From: Callorhinchus milii
Taxonomy: Eukaryota
DNA length: 55,560 bases
Direction: 5' to 3'
Assembly: GCF_018977255.1 (NCBI RefSeq)
Contig: NW_024705303.1
Location: 1 to 55,560, forward strand
Under the pieces are notes generated by a model. The model did no database searches, was not told the DNA's origin, and saw only the letters and a program-made list of their open reading frames with translations. Each line of letters opens with the position of its first letter. Positions within the stretch are counted from its first letter, which is position 1. This document shows positions 23,601 through 38,600 of the stretch, piece after piece. A program made the position numbers and the translations under genes.

Positions 23601-26600
23601 CCCTCGACAGACTCGAACGCTATTCGAGAGTGGTCACGTACCTCAGGAGCCCCTAGGTTCGTGGGTGGTGCTACCCGTCGGGTATCATGCTAACTCAGTC
23701 CTACAAATATGCCGGTCCAGATAATGGCGCCTTCCAACGGAAGGTCCCAAAGTATAACAAAAAACATGGATATTTTCCAGTCACCGGAAATGACAAACCC
23801 ACCCTGCCGATCGATGTGGGCGGTCTACAGCTGTGACCGTAGACCGCGTGAATTGGGGAGGTAGCCTGTCCGCGCGGGATCTGACCGCATAGTGTCAAGT
23901 CGAGCTCATATTTTTAGTTCCTTTGCACTAGGGGATTACTTAGCCAACGTTGTGCGAGCCAGAGTCATCCACAACAAAGGCTGGGGGTAGGCGACCGTTT
24001 TCCTTATGTTCCTGGCTAGTTGCGAATGTGTACGGTGACGCCATGAACCACACCCCGTGTATTCAGCCCTGATGGCACATCAACTGGGGACTCGCTTTTC
24101 ACCTATATGGCTTCACACACTCCGTTACCAAAGACATCCCTATATCAGTGATGTTGTTCTATTGCCGCCGGAAGACGTCAAATTCTAGTAGTGCCCTATA
24201 AAAGGACACAGATAGTATGAACGCGCAGACTGCGGCCAGGGCTTTCCTTCCTAGGGATTGAATGATTGGCTATCGCTTAAAGTCAGTCCTGTCTTGTCAA
24301 AAAACCACGCCATCGAATGGACTTTGCCGGTCAGAACCAATCGGAGAGCTGTAAACCATAAAATTTCGAGGCATCGATACCCAGTTACACTACGGGCGCG
24401 CTCTTGCACGCTTGTTTGAAGACAACGATAAAGCCAGTAGTGGTTTGGTACGCACTACGACGGAGGTAGATTTGCAATGAGTTGAGCTCCGGGCCCCAGA
24501 CCACCAACAGGGCAGGGCGTAATTTTCCAAAACTGTATCATCGGGATAAGGATAGTTTCGCGCGACGCAGCATGAGAATAAGATAACGTAATACCTTACC
24601 CCGCTTATAGTGAGCAGAACCTAATCCTATATTGATTGGTTCAACACGGCCATGCTAATGAGCCCTTACAGCTTTTGGACTACCGAGTTGGTAGGAACGT
24701 AGCCCTGCGGGCATTCGGTTTAGATGACTAATGGTTAGATAAGTTGAAACCTACGAAAATGCTTGTGGTGCACCCCTCAGCCAAAGCCGGCCGCGCCTCA
24801 GCCGTAATCAGAACCACTATTCTAGCCTTGTAACCAGGGAAGTGTTGAGGCGTAGATGTCTCTAAATATCCCCCCGTATCCACAGAAACTGTTAACGAAG
24901 GGGAGCTAATCGTGGTATAGTTGAAGGTACCGGAAGTCTATTGGTGTTTTGGACTCTACCAGTACCGCATGGATACCCCTCCTTCGACTGCTAAATACCG
25001 GTAGGTTGCAAGTTTCGGCCTTAACAAAGGTGGCTAACCGGTCATGGTACGCATGTACGTAGGGGATATATCGAACACCACCGACAGTACGATGGCTGGG
25101 TTCCACGCGACATCCGTACTAATTTGCCGCAGGTAAGAAAGTCTAGCATGAAGGATTTAACAGTGGAGGAGATCTGGTCGACCCAATTATCGATTGTACA
25201 AAATGACATTGCATGACGCGCGTAACAATGTAAGTAACCATGAATCTAGCAAGCATACGCGAGATGATCAATTGCGTTGTTCCGTGCTATATGGTCGGCT
25301 AGAAAGTGAACCCAATTTGCCTGGGCCCAACCACTGAGTCTTCGGTATACCGCTAACTCTGCCGGTGCGAAGTGACCAGTCACCCTTTAAACGTCCACCA
25401 CGATATGGGCGTAATCGCACGACCCGTAGCTGGAAGGATGGCAAGTGTAGCTCAGAGGATGTAATGACCCCGCTAAGATCTAACGGTTGTAAGGAACATG
25501 GTCGATGCAGCGTTTTAGCGCACGTCTGCCTTTTATGAAGACACGTTCTTTTCAGGAAGGCAACAGGAACGTCAATTAGTGCTTCGTGTTCACGTCCAGA
25601 GAAGTGCCTCTGGTAGGTGACTTATGGGGTGTCCGCAACAGGTTCCAGAACACGTTGTACTGGAGTTATGACCTGGACTAAACCCACGTCAGTATTTTCT
25701 TAACGAGCGGTGGTAATTCCAGTCGAGAGCGCCTGACCAGTAGATGCAAGAACCCTCGGTAAGTGAGTCGTTTCCTAGCTGGACTCTTTTGTCATTGTAT
25801 TGGAAGGAACCCCTCTCATCTCGGTGGTATTAAGGCCTATGAACCTCCAGGCGTCGTTTTTCGCACGAAGGGCGGGCGGAGTGGCACGAAGTTTGGTCGA
25901 CGACCGGCGGTCATAGCAATTGGGTGCTGATTGTCACTTGAATATCGTCTTGGTGTACCTAATAGCACTAGCATGAGCCGAGGATTGGGGTATCAAGGGA
26001 CGTCAGCCAACTTTCGTCCTGAGAAGTGCAACTTTACGGCCAACTGGGGGGGTCTCCCGAGTAACCCCTCCGTCTTTATGTTGTTTTTACTTCGCAACCG
26101 AATTAACAGTCCTGCTCACAGTAGGGCTCCAAATAGTGGCCAGTAGGAAATACTACAAATACAGATCGTAGGTGACTTGGAATCTGCACTGATCCGTACT
26201 AAGTCAAGAGTTAAGCGAAAGGATCGCCACTTGGTTATGCTCAGGAGTCCCTCCTGTTTGCAAAGGGCCTAGGGAGGGGACGGAGAGTGCCTGATCCTTG
26301 GCTGCGCAGCACCGGGGCCCCCAAAAACAGCGTCGCCATTCGGGAGAACGCCTGTACTGCCGTGTTGGTGGTCATGGATCGTTATTTGATGAGTTCTCCC
26401 TCTATAGAGAATTAGGCTTCAAGTGTATAGGCGAGTAGCCAAACTTGGGTTAAATTCGCGTGCAAATGGGGGGCGATCCGAGGCCGGATTGTAAAATTTT
26501 GAGCATGAGGCCTCACTACGGGTAGCGTTGGTTCAGTTTCCCATGTTGCGGCACTCAACTACGTCTTGAAAGCCGGCCTCTCACGAATGAATCAAGTCCT

Positions 26601-29600
26601 ATAATAGCGGGTCCTTCTTTATTACCGATGGGCTTCATCCTTAGAGATTAAAGCTTGAAATAGCATCAAAGTGACGCGATGAATGGCTTTCTGCATATGT
26701 TTTAATACACAGTAACCGGCCACAGAAGTTAATAGCGAGATCGGTCTGAAATGAGGACTTAAAGTCTCTAGTCTAATTTTGACCCTACCTATCACTTGAA
26801 GTTTAATTCTTCTGCAATTCAACGCGACCTCTGTTGTCATCATAGCTTCAACGAGCTGGCTTAAGTCAGTGTGAGAACCGACTAACCAACACTAGGCGCA
26901 CCCAGACGGTACGTTACTGGGTAGCGTAGTTCTCCTAGGATTACACAGGTGGCACGTGCGGAGCAATGTCGGACGTTGTAGGGAATAAGACTAGACGGAG
27001 CGTCCACCTATGCATCGGAGTGTTCCTAGGCGTAAATGCGATCCGTTAGAACGATGAAACTGGCAGCCACGACCAGACTGAGATATCTTGGTGACATAAC
27101 CCACAAACATACATCAAAGGTCCTATGCAGAGTTGCAAATCGTGGGACCAAGCTTGCAGGCCCTTACTAAGGGATGTGAGCGCACAATATTTGAGCTGAT
27201 CGAGATGAGGGCACCAGTCATAGATCTACGGTGCGTAACGAAAAAAGCGGAAGGGTCGCAGTTTGCCAACAACTGAGGATCTCGGCGTGACCCGAACCAT
27301 GTAGGCTAGTGGCTGTCCCCCAAAGAGTGGGACAAGTTAAGACTTAAGAATTTCCTTGACTATTGACGGGAAGTGATGCTTGGACCGGGCGAACCTGTAT
27401 TGGTCGTCATCCGTTACCCAAGAATAAGTGCAGGTACTTTTAACTTTGTACTATCCACTACCAATGTTTTCAAGTCTTTGGGGGATGAGAAAATTGGCTC
27501 GCAAGAGTGTCTACCTGACTTCATAATGATGAGGCTTCACAAAAGACCAGTACCGCAGGCCAATGCAGTGCTGCATATTGTTAGCTAGACGTGATTGCTT
27601 TGAACTTTCAACACTGGCAATAGCCAACCCCGGGACATGCCGAATGAGTGGAGTGTGCAGCGTAATACCACAGGGCGGAAAATTGGGGTGATTGCCAATC
27701 CTAATGAAATTAGAGCTCCTCACTGACATTAAGTTTGTACTAACCAATACTGCCTTCCAAGAGCGATCTTTAACTTCCTGTTGATGGATATACTTCGAAA
27801 GAGACTGGGTAGGGCGACCTTAAATGTCACTCGCTGGCAATTAAAATTATTCAATATCAAACCTCTCCTACCCATCTTCGGGTTATACGTTACCTTCTGT
27901 AGGAACCTGTACGGAATTAAGACAACATTCAGTGAATTTGCAAAGAGTGTGCTTATCTTAGTGGTCGGGCACAAGCTTCAGACTACATCAGACAATTGAC
28001 ATTTTAGCTCGTCACTACGTACGTGGGACTGACTGGTATACGATGGAGGCAGCCTGCAGGCCCCAGCCAATATAACTAACACTTGAGTGTCGGTGTAGCC
28101 ATTATTTCGCCTCTGAGGTAGTCGGACAGTGGGGCATTATCGACAGTACTAAAAACGGAAGCTCTAGCATGTCCGACATAAACATTTGCATACAATCGGA
28201 ACTATCTTGGGGGTCACTGAAATTGTCCGGAGGCACGCCTATTACTATCTCACATTGCAACAAGCTTGTAGAGTTCTTTCGGGTTCGTGCCTCTGCACCG
28301 GACACTTGCGGCGTTGAACTCTAGGAGGTTGAGTTTGAGGGGTAGGAGTGGATTTGCGAGGGATCCTGTCGAATAGGGGGTTCGTCTGAACCGGCAAAGC
28401 GCACTGGAACCTACTGACCAGCTTATGCCTGGGTTCGAGTTGCTCCTTGACCTGAGATCTTCGCGTTGGAACGTGACGACATGCGACTGATAGCGAGTCT
28501 GTGTCGCTGATCAGCTCTGGCATAGAAACTTGATTCGCCGGATATAATGTACGGATCTCCTAGTTATAGAACATTCAAAGAAGACTACTGGCTCGGGAGT
28601 CGTAGCATTCAGGGAGTACGTACGTATCGCGCCGAGGAGTTCGTACAGGTCAAAGGTAGGCCGATCCTTGAGGTTGAAGCAACGAAGGCCGAAGGCAAAT
28701 TGCTCATGCTGGCTACTGCCAGCTCTGGGGCAATAGAACGTGAGTGATCTGCCAGCGCAATTTAACGCTGCCGCTTGTATTGTTGCCGTCGAAACGCCCT
28801 AATACGTGCTCACAGGTTAAAACCCGGGGTACGCATGCGACCATGCGCCATGAAGCCAGGTTAGTTGTCACAGCCCGCGCGTTGACTTTACGATCCTCGA
28901 CTATGTTTCCAGAAGCCTCACAGGTCTTTGATGTGCTTGAAGGAATTACTCAATCGACGTCAAGAGGGACGCCCCGGTCGAATCGTGTGCAAACACACCG
29001 CAGCCCCTTAGTATTTAGGTAACTCGAAACCCACCAATTGACAGACGACCCGCAGAACATCTTACGCAAACCCTCATCTGGATTCCGCCCGGACCCTCCT
29101 GTTCCGGGATCTGACCCTGACAAGAAAGTCTTGAGAAGAAAAGTGCACGTTGTCAAAAACTTCTGGGTACTTTGAGGAGACCTTCACGGAGTCCATCCTC
29201 CCTAAGATCGAATCCAAGATGCGCTACACAGACAGGCATGGCAGGCGCGCCCGCGGTAAACTTCGGACCTTCGAGATGCGTTCAGTCACCACTATTATTA
29301 CAAATCGGCAGGAATAAAAATCCAGGAACTGTTAACGGCCCATAACACTAAGTGGGGTACGTGAAACTCTACTCCGGCCTCGTAGGGACACTTCCCTAGC
29401 AACCGGGCATGTAAGGTACTTTTGCCACACTAGTACTTAGAGCTGGTACCAAGCATCCAAGAGTGCCTACATCGGTTATAAAGGAGATGGAGGTAGGCCA
29501 GGACACAGTCACGCGTGGTCGAGCTAGTGATGACCCCATGTGGGCCGTCTTAGTACCTCATATACCGTTTGCCGTGATGTTTTCTTGGCATATCAAGACG

Positions 29601-32600
29601 AAAGCCCTTGAGCGAGACGGTAATAACGATTCGGGACCGGAGTGCAGTACAGTGAGCGATGGCTGCGACATGGATTCTTTATTAGGAACATCATCATACC
29701 CTGTGAAGCAAAATATCCGATTGCACCAATTGCTGCGTCCGTGCAGACTTGTGTCTCGGCGCCATGGAAATGAACGGCCCGAACGGTCGCTGCACTCCCG
29801 ATGCTTGTTCCTATCACCACAATGACAGAAGGGACCGTTCAAGCACCTTAAACATACGAGATCTTGGTATTGTGTTCAGATACGTTCGCTAATTGCAGTC
29901 TATTGCATGACAGAGGAGATAAGGTATGTATGCTTCTGACATATGCGTCTGTCCATAAAGGCTCCATGATAACTCCATCTACAGTCTTTCTTAACTACTA
30001 GGGATTAAATGATAGTGTTTGCGAAGTTTGGATTAGCGTGGCATGGGAAAATCCGTCGGAGGCCTTACTGTCAGTTGCTGATAAGGCGCTAACACGTCTT
30101 CCTCTGAAGGAGGGATAACGTCGTAGAGGTCTCCGTCGCTAGGTTTTTAGGGGTGCGACAAGAGAATCTCTTGGGCGTTACGTGTGTTATGAGTACGCGA
30201 TCCGTTTGGGCATGTCTGTAAATCCAGCGGAGCATATGATGACATTTGCGACCAAACTGCTGGTGCAAACGAGACCGGTTACACGCTCTCTCGCATTTCG
30301 CACGTGGGCGAAGCGGCGGACTCTGTCATTACACTCCACATAGAAGATAAGGTAAATGCCTTGATGGCATAAACCGTATTCGGGCAGAGGTACTGAACTG
30401 TACCACCAGAGGTCGGAGATCTAATGCAATCAAGCTAAAGTCGTTAGCATATGATGCATAGGAAACTAGAATGTGGCGAAGTCCAAGGCTAACCAGATAT
30501 TTTTCCGATTACTCGCAGCCGCCTTCACTTAGTCCTATAAGTATTGCTATTTAGTTGCTTTCAACAACACGGTAAAATTACGTATATAGGAAAGGTTTGA
30601 CATTAACATAGCAACACCATTTGCTGGAGTAATCTGTGCCGCCTCCAGGCTGCTGCTCGAACTGTGGTCCTCCTAATCGCGCTTGACTCCAAGGATGCAC
30701 ATTAGTTATTGTTGTAGCATGACCCGGATGGGCAGAACCCGCATAACCGCAAAGTCGTCCGATGGCGTAGAGAGGGTTGCGGTAATGTTATTACGTCAGG
30801 GTAAAAGGTTTTGATCCAACAAGAGGTTGCGTACCGGAGGCTGTTCCCAACAAAAGCCGACCCTTCCCGCTGAGGGCTCTAAAGGGGGTCAGCTGGGCCG
30901 GGGTGAGAAACACGTTTTGTTATCGCGGGCATTAGAGAATTACCAACGCTCGCAGGCAAGTAGGACCCCCAGAACAAATATAAAAATCGGGCTTAAAAGC
31001 TATTGAGCTCAGACAGCTCTGATCCGCTGCTAGCTAGCTCTTCTTGCTTCTTTCATATGTAAAAAGGCCAATCAACGTTGTATTTGTCCAAAGTTATATG
31101 AGGCACCATTCTTGAGACCCTGGCTGCAAAAGGGACACTCCACGGGTTCAGATTTGTAGCGATTGTGGTACGGTTTCGCACTTAATCTAGTTTGCCTGTA
31201 AGAGGGTGATCCATGTCAAGTGACAGGCCAGCAAAGGCCACTAGTGCCACAGGAGGATATCAAAGCATTCCGGATTGAGCACACGCTACAGAGTAGACGT
31301 AGAGTAAGCGCCGGTCCACGAGTGCGAGAGGGCAGGAATACATATTTCATCCGTTGAGATCGGGCCTGGCTACTCACTTGGGGCGGCTAAGGTATACCTG
31401 CTACTTTCAGTCAGACATTCAACTCTTACGTTACTTACGTAAAGAGTAGGAGCCTTACCTGACGTCAACCCAATGTGTGCCAGAGGCGGCCTGTCGTAGG
31501 TTTTGGAGTTCTTATAATAGGATGACTAATCACATTTCTGCGGTATGCTACAGTAGGTTTATCAACACAATGAATTACGTTTTCGCAACCTATGGTTAGA
31601 GTCTGTAAGTAACATGCAGAAGCGATTATAGAGGATCTTATCTATGTAGCCTCCTTGGCTGGACCGATGATCGAGCTACGCGTAAGGAGTCCGGTGCTTC
31701 AAACCAGCGGAAGAGCGAGGTGTGCAGCCATTCGGGCCTAGGGCAGCGCGAGAATTCTCAAAAAACATCTTAGTTCGGTCAACAGGGTCGTTTTGCTCCC
31801 AACGCCACTCCCTTGGTACGGATGTCTTGACATCTGGCTTTACCCCTAATAGGGCGTCCATCATCTGAGCCGAACGGAATTTGCGCAGACGAGGCATGAT
31901 CCCAATGCGCCATTGTCGCTACCCCCGGTCTACCCAACGAGAAGTGACTCGAAAGACGAGGTTTAAACCACTCGAAGCTCCTGCGAGGATTGATCCCGTA
32001 TTTGTAGAATTCCGCTTCACTTTGTCTGCCTGCGATAGGGGTACTCCTTCTCTTTACATGTATGGTAATTATGACACTATAAAGAGGGTACACATCGGCC
32101 ACAGATAAAGCCTGCTATGCTATACTGATTAGGCTTCGAGCGTGCTGTTCTCGCAGCAAAAGCGCTTCTCGTTTCGATCGTATTCAATCCTAGCGTGGCC
32201 CAAGAATAGGAGGATTGGTGACTTAAGAGCACCAACTCTAAGTACAAAGCTTAATTCCGCATACTCTGCCGAAATTGACTGCGCAAAGCGAACTAAGCTC
32301 TGGAATGACACGGAAAAACAAAAGTCTGCTCGGGTTACCTATATCCAGCTCACACGCCTAAATGTATTTGCGATCATGTCATCTACGCGTGTCATAAGGG
32401 AAGTACTCAAAAATTAAATTAAAGAGCGTGGGCTCCTATTCTCCATGACTCGTGACACGCCTCTCCTTCGGCACTACGACAGATACGTAAGCAATGAGAC
32501 GCGCCGTAACCACCTTGCCAGAGAAGAATTAAGTAGGCACCAACCGTCCTATCTCGTAGCATGTACTGCAGTCTATCAAGAAGGACTACGCACCACAGTG

Positions 32601-35600
32601 CGCGATGAGCCCCATTGGTGGGCGCCTGCTCATGTCCCGTTAGAAGTATCAGCGGCATAAATCGCGGAATAGAATCTACTTCGCAAGCATTCCCGGATCG
32701 TGGCCCTTCTGCACCTTCCACTGCAGCCGTTAGTAGTCCGGAGGCACTACCGCCGGGTAACTATGGCTCGAGTCGAGTCAATAAGGGGGACACTTCCAGA
32801 ATCGCATAGTGTTACGGCTAGAATCGGGTCATTCCAGAAATATATCATGCCTCTCGCATGATGAAACGGCCTCTCCTACACGCGTTCTGTCCATTTTCAA
32901 ATAACAATAAGGGAGCCAGTCCAGAAACATATTAAGAAACCCTGATTCAGAGGACACAGGCCAGGATGGTGAACCACAAATCGTTTCTTCCAATACAACG
33001 GTCATTTACTCGTAGCATCGGAGGTTGCTGCATCCGAGTTTAGGTGACGTGGCACCCTTATCTTATCAAGTCTCATACAGGAAATAGTAAAAGGCTGTAC
33101 GCGGGACCACCAAGAAGACGGGTGACTGCTTTGAGTTAGGACTGTTGGGGGGCGTCGTGTGGGGACGATTAATTGAGGGGCACCAAGTGGGACACGCAAT
33201 ATGGAGATACGAATGAGTTCGGAGCTCATTTACGACGAAATTGCTCACTTCCACAATGGAGGCTGAGGGGCCGCTCAGCATCTACATTGGCCGATCCGAA
33301 ATCGTTACGGGGGACATATTATTGGGGGGATTAAATTCCATTATTTGGAGAATGTTGGCCTTTCTATCAAAACGTTGCTGCTTTCAGTGAGATTTGTGAG
33401 TTAGTTGTACTCAGGCGAGCGTGACGGGCGTATGGGAATATGATCGGGCAACGGGCGCATACCTACTAGCCGGCGTTGGCTCACGTGGTTGAGGGCCGGG
33501 TATAGAGAGTAGGATATTGGTGTAGCTACCCGGGACCATAATGTTTGATGGTCAGAGAGCTTAAATTGGAAGGTTCCGCCTTCACGCGGTTCTAGTGCCC
33601 CACGATTAATCACATGAGCGCCGCCCATCCAGGTCAGTTTGATTTCGCCCAGAACGAAAACCGCTCACTATTAATAACAGCAACGTCCCACCATGAAAAG
33701 GTTATGCACTCCTGATCTACACTAAGGGACCCACTATTATGTAGCTTCGTAGTACTAATCACACGTAAGCGTGGTTACCCATGGTTGATTCACACTCTAG
33801 AAGCGCGGCCGGCGAAGCTAGTATCTATTAGACTCTTTACCAGGTTACGCCTTTTTTCCTAAGTGGAACATTAAAGTCACCTGCTACCCATGATGGACCT
33901 CGCTGTATTCCTTAAATCTTGCGAAGGGGATTGGAGCTTAATACCTGCTCTTGACGCGCGGCCCTCGAAGCTTCCGCCAGCGACAGCGCTCCAGTCGCAC
34001 CTGGGGCGCGAAAAGGTACATGACCGCAGATGTCTTGCGTCGCAAAGAGGGTCGTAGTCTTTCACCTTTTCCTTTGCAGAATTCCGAGTTGCGATTGATG
34101 TTATATGTTCAAGCGATACAGAACGAATAATTTTGCCGTTGTAAACCAACACCGATCTTTTTGGTTCAATGGAAAAACGGCGTTCAACCCGAAGACCATA
34201 GCCAACGAACAGCTGTTAAGGGACCTCTTACCCTATCACGGGGATTTTTATCCTGGTGACCCTAAAATGGTCGACATGAGTGCTATCCAGATTCAGTATC
34301 TAGCCAATCAAAGTAAATAAAGTCTTCTATCGTGTAAAACGGCCTCATTATGGGTACGCGCCTTTGTCTGATCACAGCCGTGCTGCTGAGACCCAGGTGT
34401 AGCACCAAATGCTACTGGTGTTGAAAATTACACTCAAAGAACAGGTCCAACAAACACTCCGGCCGCAAGATATATACCCCCAAAAATGTCTTATCGGTAT
34501 GGGCTCCATATGGTGGGGACCGAGACTGGATCCATTGGCATACTGTATATCAAATGTAGGACTTCAGGAACATGGAATCTAAACGTTTCCGAATAACGCG
34601 AGCGAATATGCCTATCATTCGCCTGCCGGATCTAGATGAGTCCGCACCATATATAACGTATGAGTGTCTTATGTCGATCCCGCCGGCGCCACAAACCATA
34701 AAGCTGCGTATTTCAGGTATAGTCGTCGGATAGCTGCAATAGTAAGTAAGAACTAGTAGTTATCACATAAGGGTGAGATCGTCCGCAATGTAATGGCCCC
34801 GGGTTGAAATTCAAGTTACGAAGGGGAGTTTTAGAATTAGCGTATTACTAGTGTTGGGAGTTTAGTACGGTCCTGCCCCGTAGGTTCAAACACTGTGCCG
34901 ATATTGCTCTCCCTCAAACGGAGCCGAAGAAAACCGACCAGTGATGCCGAGCAGCTTATAGCTTAAATCATGCGGGCTGGTTAGCCGTGCATATACTACC
35001 GTTGTCCTACCCGTTCAACGTAGCTTCTGCAGACATACTCATTTCTTCTCGGGGTTAGTCGAACTACGTATCAGACAGGACCTGGGCTTCCCATAAAAAC
35101 GACCCGCCGGTCTCCACTAATCTTTATCCTCGATGAGTCTTTTCACCCGATTATGTGTACAACTGGCTAAACAGTCGATGACGTACGCCACTGATCTTTC
35201 TCAGTGTCGCCTATCCAATCTATGTAAACAATCCCTTTAAGCCAAACGTCCGTATGTCCCTTTGTCCTCCACTTTTGGTTCCGGCACGTCCCGAGATATG
35301 TCGGTACCCGGCATAACAGGGATGCGGGAGCAGAAGTAACCGCGGTACGCACGACCTATGTCCTCGGCGGTTCAGGGCGTCCGTATTCAATAGACTGTCG
35401 TCCTAGCATACAGAAATGTTGTAGGCGCTACTTACGTCCTGATAAGCTGTTATACCTCTCAGTATTCCCTTGGTGCGGGCTACAAGCGCTATCCGACGTC
35501 GCCCCTGCCGGAACCTACTTCACGGGCAATATTATAACTCTACTTACCCGGTACCCGGCCTGACCGCTTATGGTTCCCTCATGTGCGCCCCAACCTTCAT

Positions 35601-38600
35601 TGACGTATCTTGGGCGAGGTAATACGGAAGCTTAATCAACGAAGTGGGAATCCACAACGCAGGCCTAGAGCTCAATAACCTGATTATAACGGCGCGCGAG
35701 CATCCATCACATAGTTGGCAAGATGGTACCCATTGCGTGACAGCCGAGACCTCACAGATACCGTGCACTCAAAGGTAAACTCAGCCGGACGTGTTTTCGT
35801 AGAAATTGGACACGTGAAGCGGGCCGAAAAGGTCATGGATGTTCCCCTAAGCCTACTCGGAGGGCTACAAACAGCTGATAGCAGACTACTCCCAATAGAA
35901 GTTAGGATTTGGGTCCGCGGAACCCACTCGGGAGGTATTTTAGAAAGATACAGACACAGGACCTCTGAGTTAATTGCCTGACCCGCTCAGAAGGCTATCT
36001 AGATGGGTAATGGGCCGGCCCCTGTTAATTTCCCCGACATTATGCAAGGTATTGCCGGCCAAGAGGTATACGACGGAAGGCGCGCTAACGCGAAGCAACT
36101 GTCCATACTGGCACCCTAACATCTACGCAACAGTTTGCACATGCAAAAATCGTGACAAGGACTGTAGATGAACACTTTTTTTATACCGCGGATTGACTTC
36201 AGATATCAGTTGCAATCGAGGAGTTATACAGGCGGAAATGCATAGACAGACTTGTTGCATGCAAATATATATTACGTCTACTCTTACATAGCCCTTTTCT
36301 AACAGCGTACACTACCTCGAGTTACGGTCCAGCTAGATGTGTAACGCTCACGAATTGTTCTGGGAAGGCAACACTACTTGGCCAACATCATTTAGACTCG
36401 ATTAAAAATTTGGCCGACACGAGCACTAGTCTAGGGCCATATTGCATCGACCGCGCGCTACCATCGGAAGAGATGGGTACTGGGGCATTCGTAGTCGTGA
36501 ATTAGTTCTTAACATTTCCAGGCGCGATTATCCAGACTATACGTGTAAGCGGTCGTTCGATAGCGCGACAGATCGGTAGACGGCCATGACTAGGAGGGGC
36601 AGGTCGTCAAGCTGATTCACATCCGAGAAATAGCAAAACTCAGAATAAGTGGTGAGAATTAACAGCGCCTTGAGGCGAGGACAGGTTAAGCAGAGCCTGG
36701 TAACTAACTAAAGTGGAAGTCTCGGATGCTTAACTGGCTTACAGCCAGGCGCTGGTTAAGCCTATCAGGGCCAGAGTAACCAAAATGTATCAACTGGCAC
36801 TCTATGCATCTAGGTCGATTATGAATTCGTGCAATTCTGCCGAATCCTTCTAACTAAGGTAAGTCGAACGAATAATTTACCAAGCCCCTGAAGCTACCCG
36901 AACGAGTTTATATGTGCAACTAGATCCTGCGCACCAAGGCACTGTTTCCGATAGGTGCTTGCTACCGACATTCACGATCTCTTGGCTTATCGACCCTTTG
37001 GGAACGCGCGAGGATTGCCCACTTAAGGGCTAAGACAGAAAAGATACGCTGCGTGTTGCCATAGCGCGAGTCGCCGATACAAGGAGCGTGACACTTAAAT
37101 TAAGATAATGACTTGTTGAATAATACAGCGATAAAGTCGAATCAGGACATAAAGTATCCACTACCGTGCTAGCTGCCGCAAGATATAGGAACAACCGGAA
37201 ATCTGCCCGTACAGTGCCCGGGCAGGTTATCGTACAGCCATTATCATGTTCAACGCTGAAAGAGGGAGCGTGATCAAGGTTGCAACTCATCACTGAGTAC
37301 TTAGTATATCAGGTTTGGGGGCTGTCAAGTGTTAGTAGACAAGGTTATTCCTTACGGAACATCTGTACCACGACTTACCGCCTTGGTGATCTTCGGTATT
37401 CCGTCTGTGAGCGTTTAGATGGTTCAACCCATCCGAAATGTGTGGCCTTTTGCTACGGTACCCGCAAAAAGCCAAATGGGTCAACCTGAGACGGAGGTGC
37501 ATCGTCCCAAGGCACGAGGAACCACATGTAAATAGCATCAAACCGTTCATTGCCATGTGGAGGAAACAATAGGGTTAAATATGGACGTCCCCATACGGCG
37601 AGCCATCCTCCCTAAGGCAGTATAATGTCGACCGAATACACGATCTTTTCGGGGAATTCGCGGAAAAGGTCCAATACAAACGGGCCACAGAGCCACTAAC
37701 AAAGTAGACGACACGTGTGACTGTCAAAGGTGCTCCTAACGACGGCTTCCTACTTGTCGAAATGCAGTCTAATGAATAGGCCAGCAAAGTAGTGCAGTCC
37801 AGATGACTCGGCACAAACTGTCTGCATAAAGGTGCCGAGGGAATACCACTAACTATTTTGACTTGGTCGTCTAGCCTACCGAAAGCACTCGAACTCTCGC
37901 ACTGTGTACCTAACGGGGGCTATCTAAGGTACTAGATTAGCCAGTCTTCCGAGGTCCTCGGGTCTTTGTTTTGGATGGTCAAGTCAGATGTTATGGGGTA
38001 TCAACCACTTCGTTCGCCGGCAAGGTTGAGACCTGCGGAGATCGATCTTATGCGTACTACGGCGAATCGAACGGACTACGTATGAATAGAAAAAGCTTAC
38101 ATAATAAATCCCTTAATAAACAATATAGCCGTCCGTCGGTGTATGTCTCACCTATATACTGTGCTCTAGACAATGAAAGAGTGCCGGGCCGTGTAAACAA
38201 CGAGAGGTAGGAAGACCTGTGGATACAAGTGGGATGAAGATTGGCCTAGAGCCGCATGGGGAGTAAGGGGAAGTATGACGGTACTGAGCTGTTCTGGATA
38301 GGTTTGCCTTTAGAATGCCAAGACCTTTATAGCCGAGGCCTTCCCTATTAAACCGCCTGATATTAGATTCTATGGACACTTGGTGTTTATAGTCCCTTTA
38401 AAGTTGTCACAGCTCGTGACTAAGACAACGAGAACAGCAACGAAGGAGAAGTGAGTGACCGGTTTCCACGTACAGTATCCCTTCGTTAGTCATGTATGTG
38501 CCTTCCGTGAACTCAATCGTAGTGGTTAGACGACCGGTGTCACGCCGAAAAGGCTCGGCTGTTAGGATCAAGGTTTCCCAACTTTTCTTTTTAAAGCCGG

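Noticed and set aside
23188..25638. Shared 13-mer GGGGTGTCCGCAA at 23188 and 25626 as a possible dispersed repeat or array
   Set aside because: About ten such 13-mer pairs are expected by chance in 36 kb ((36000^2/2)/4^13); no third copy or regular spacing was seen.
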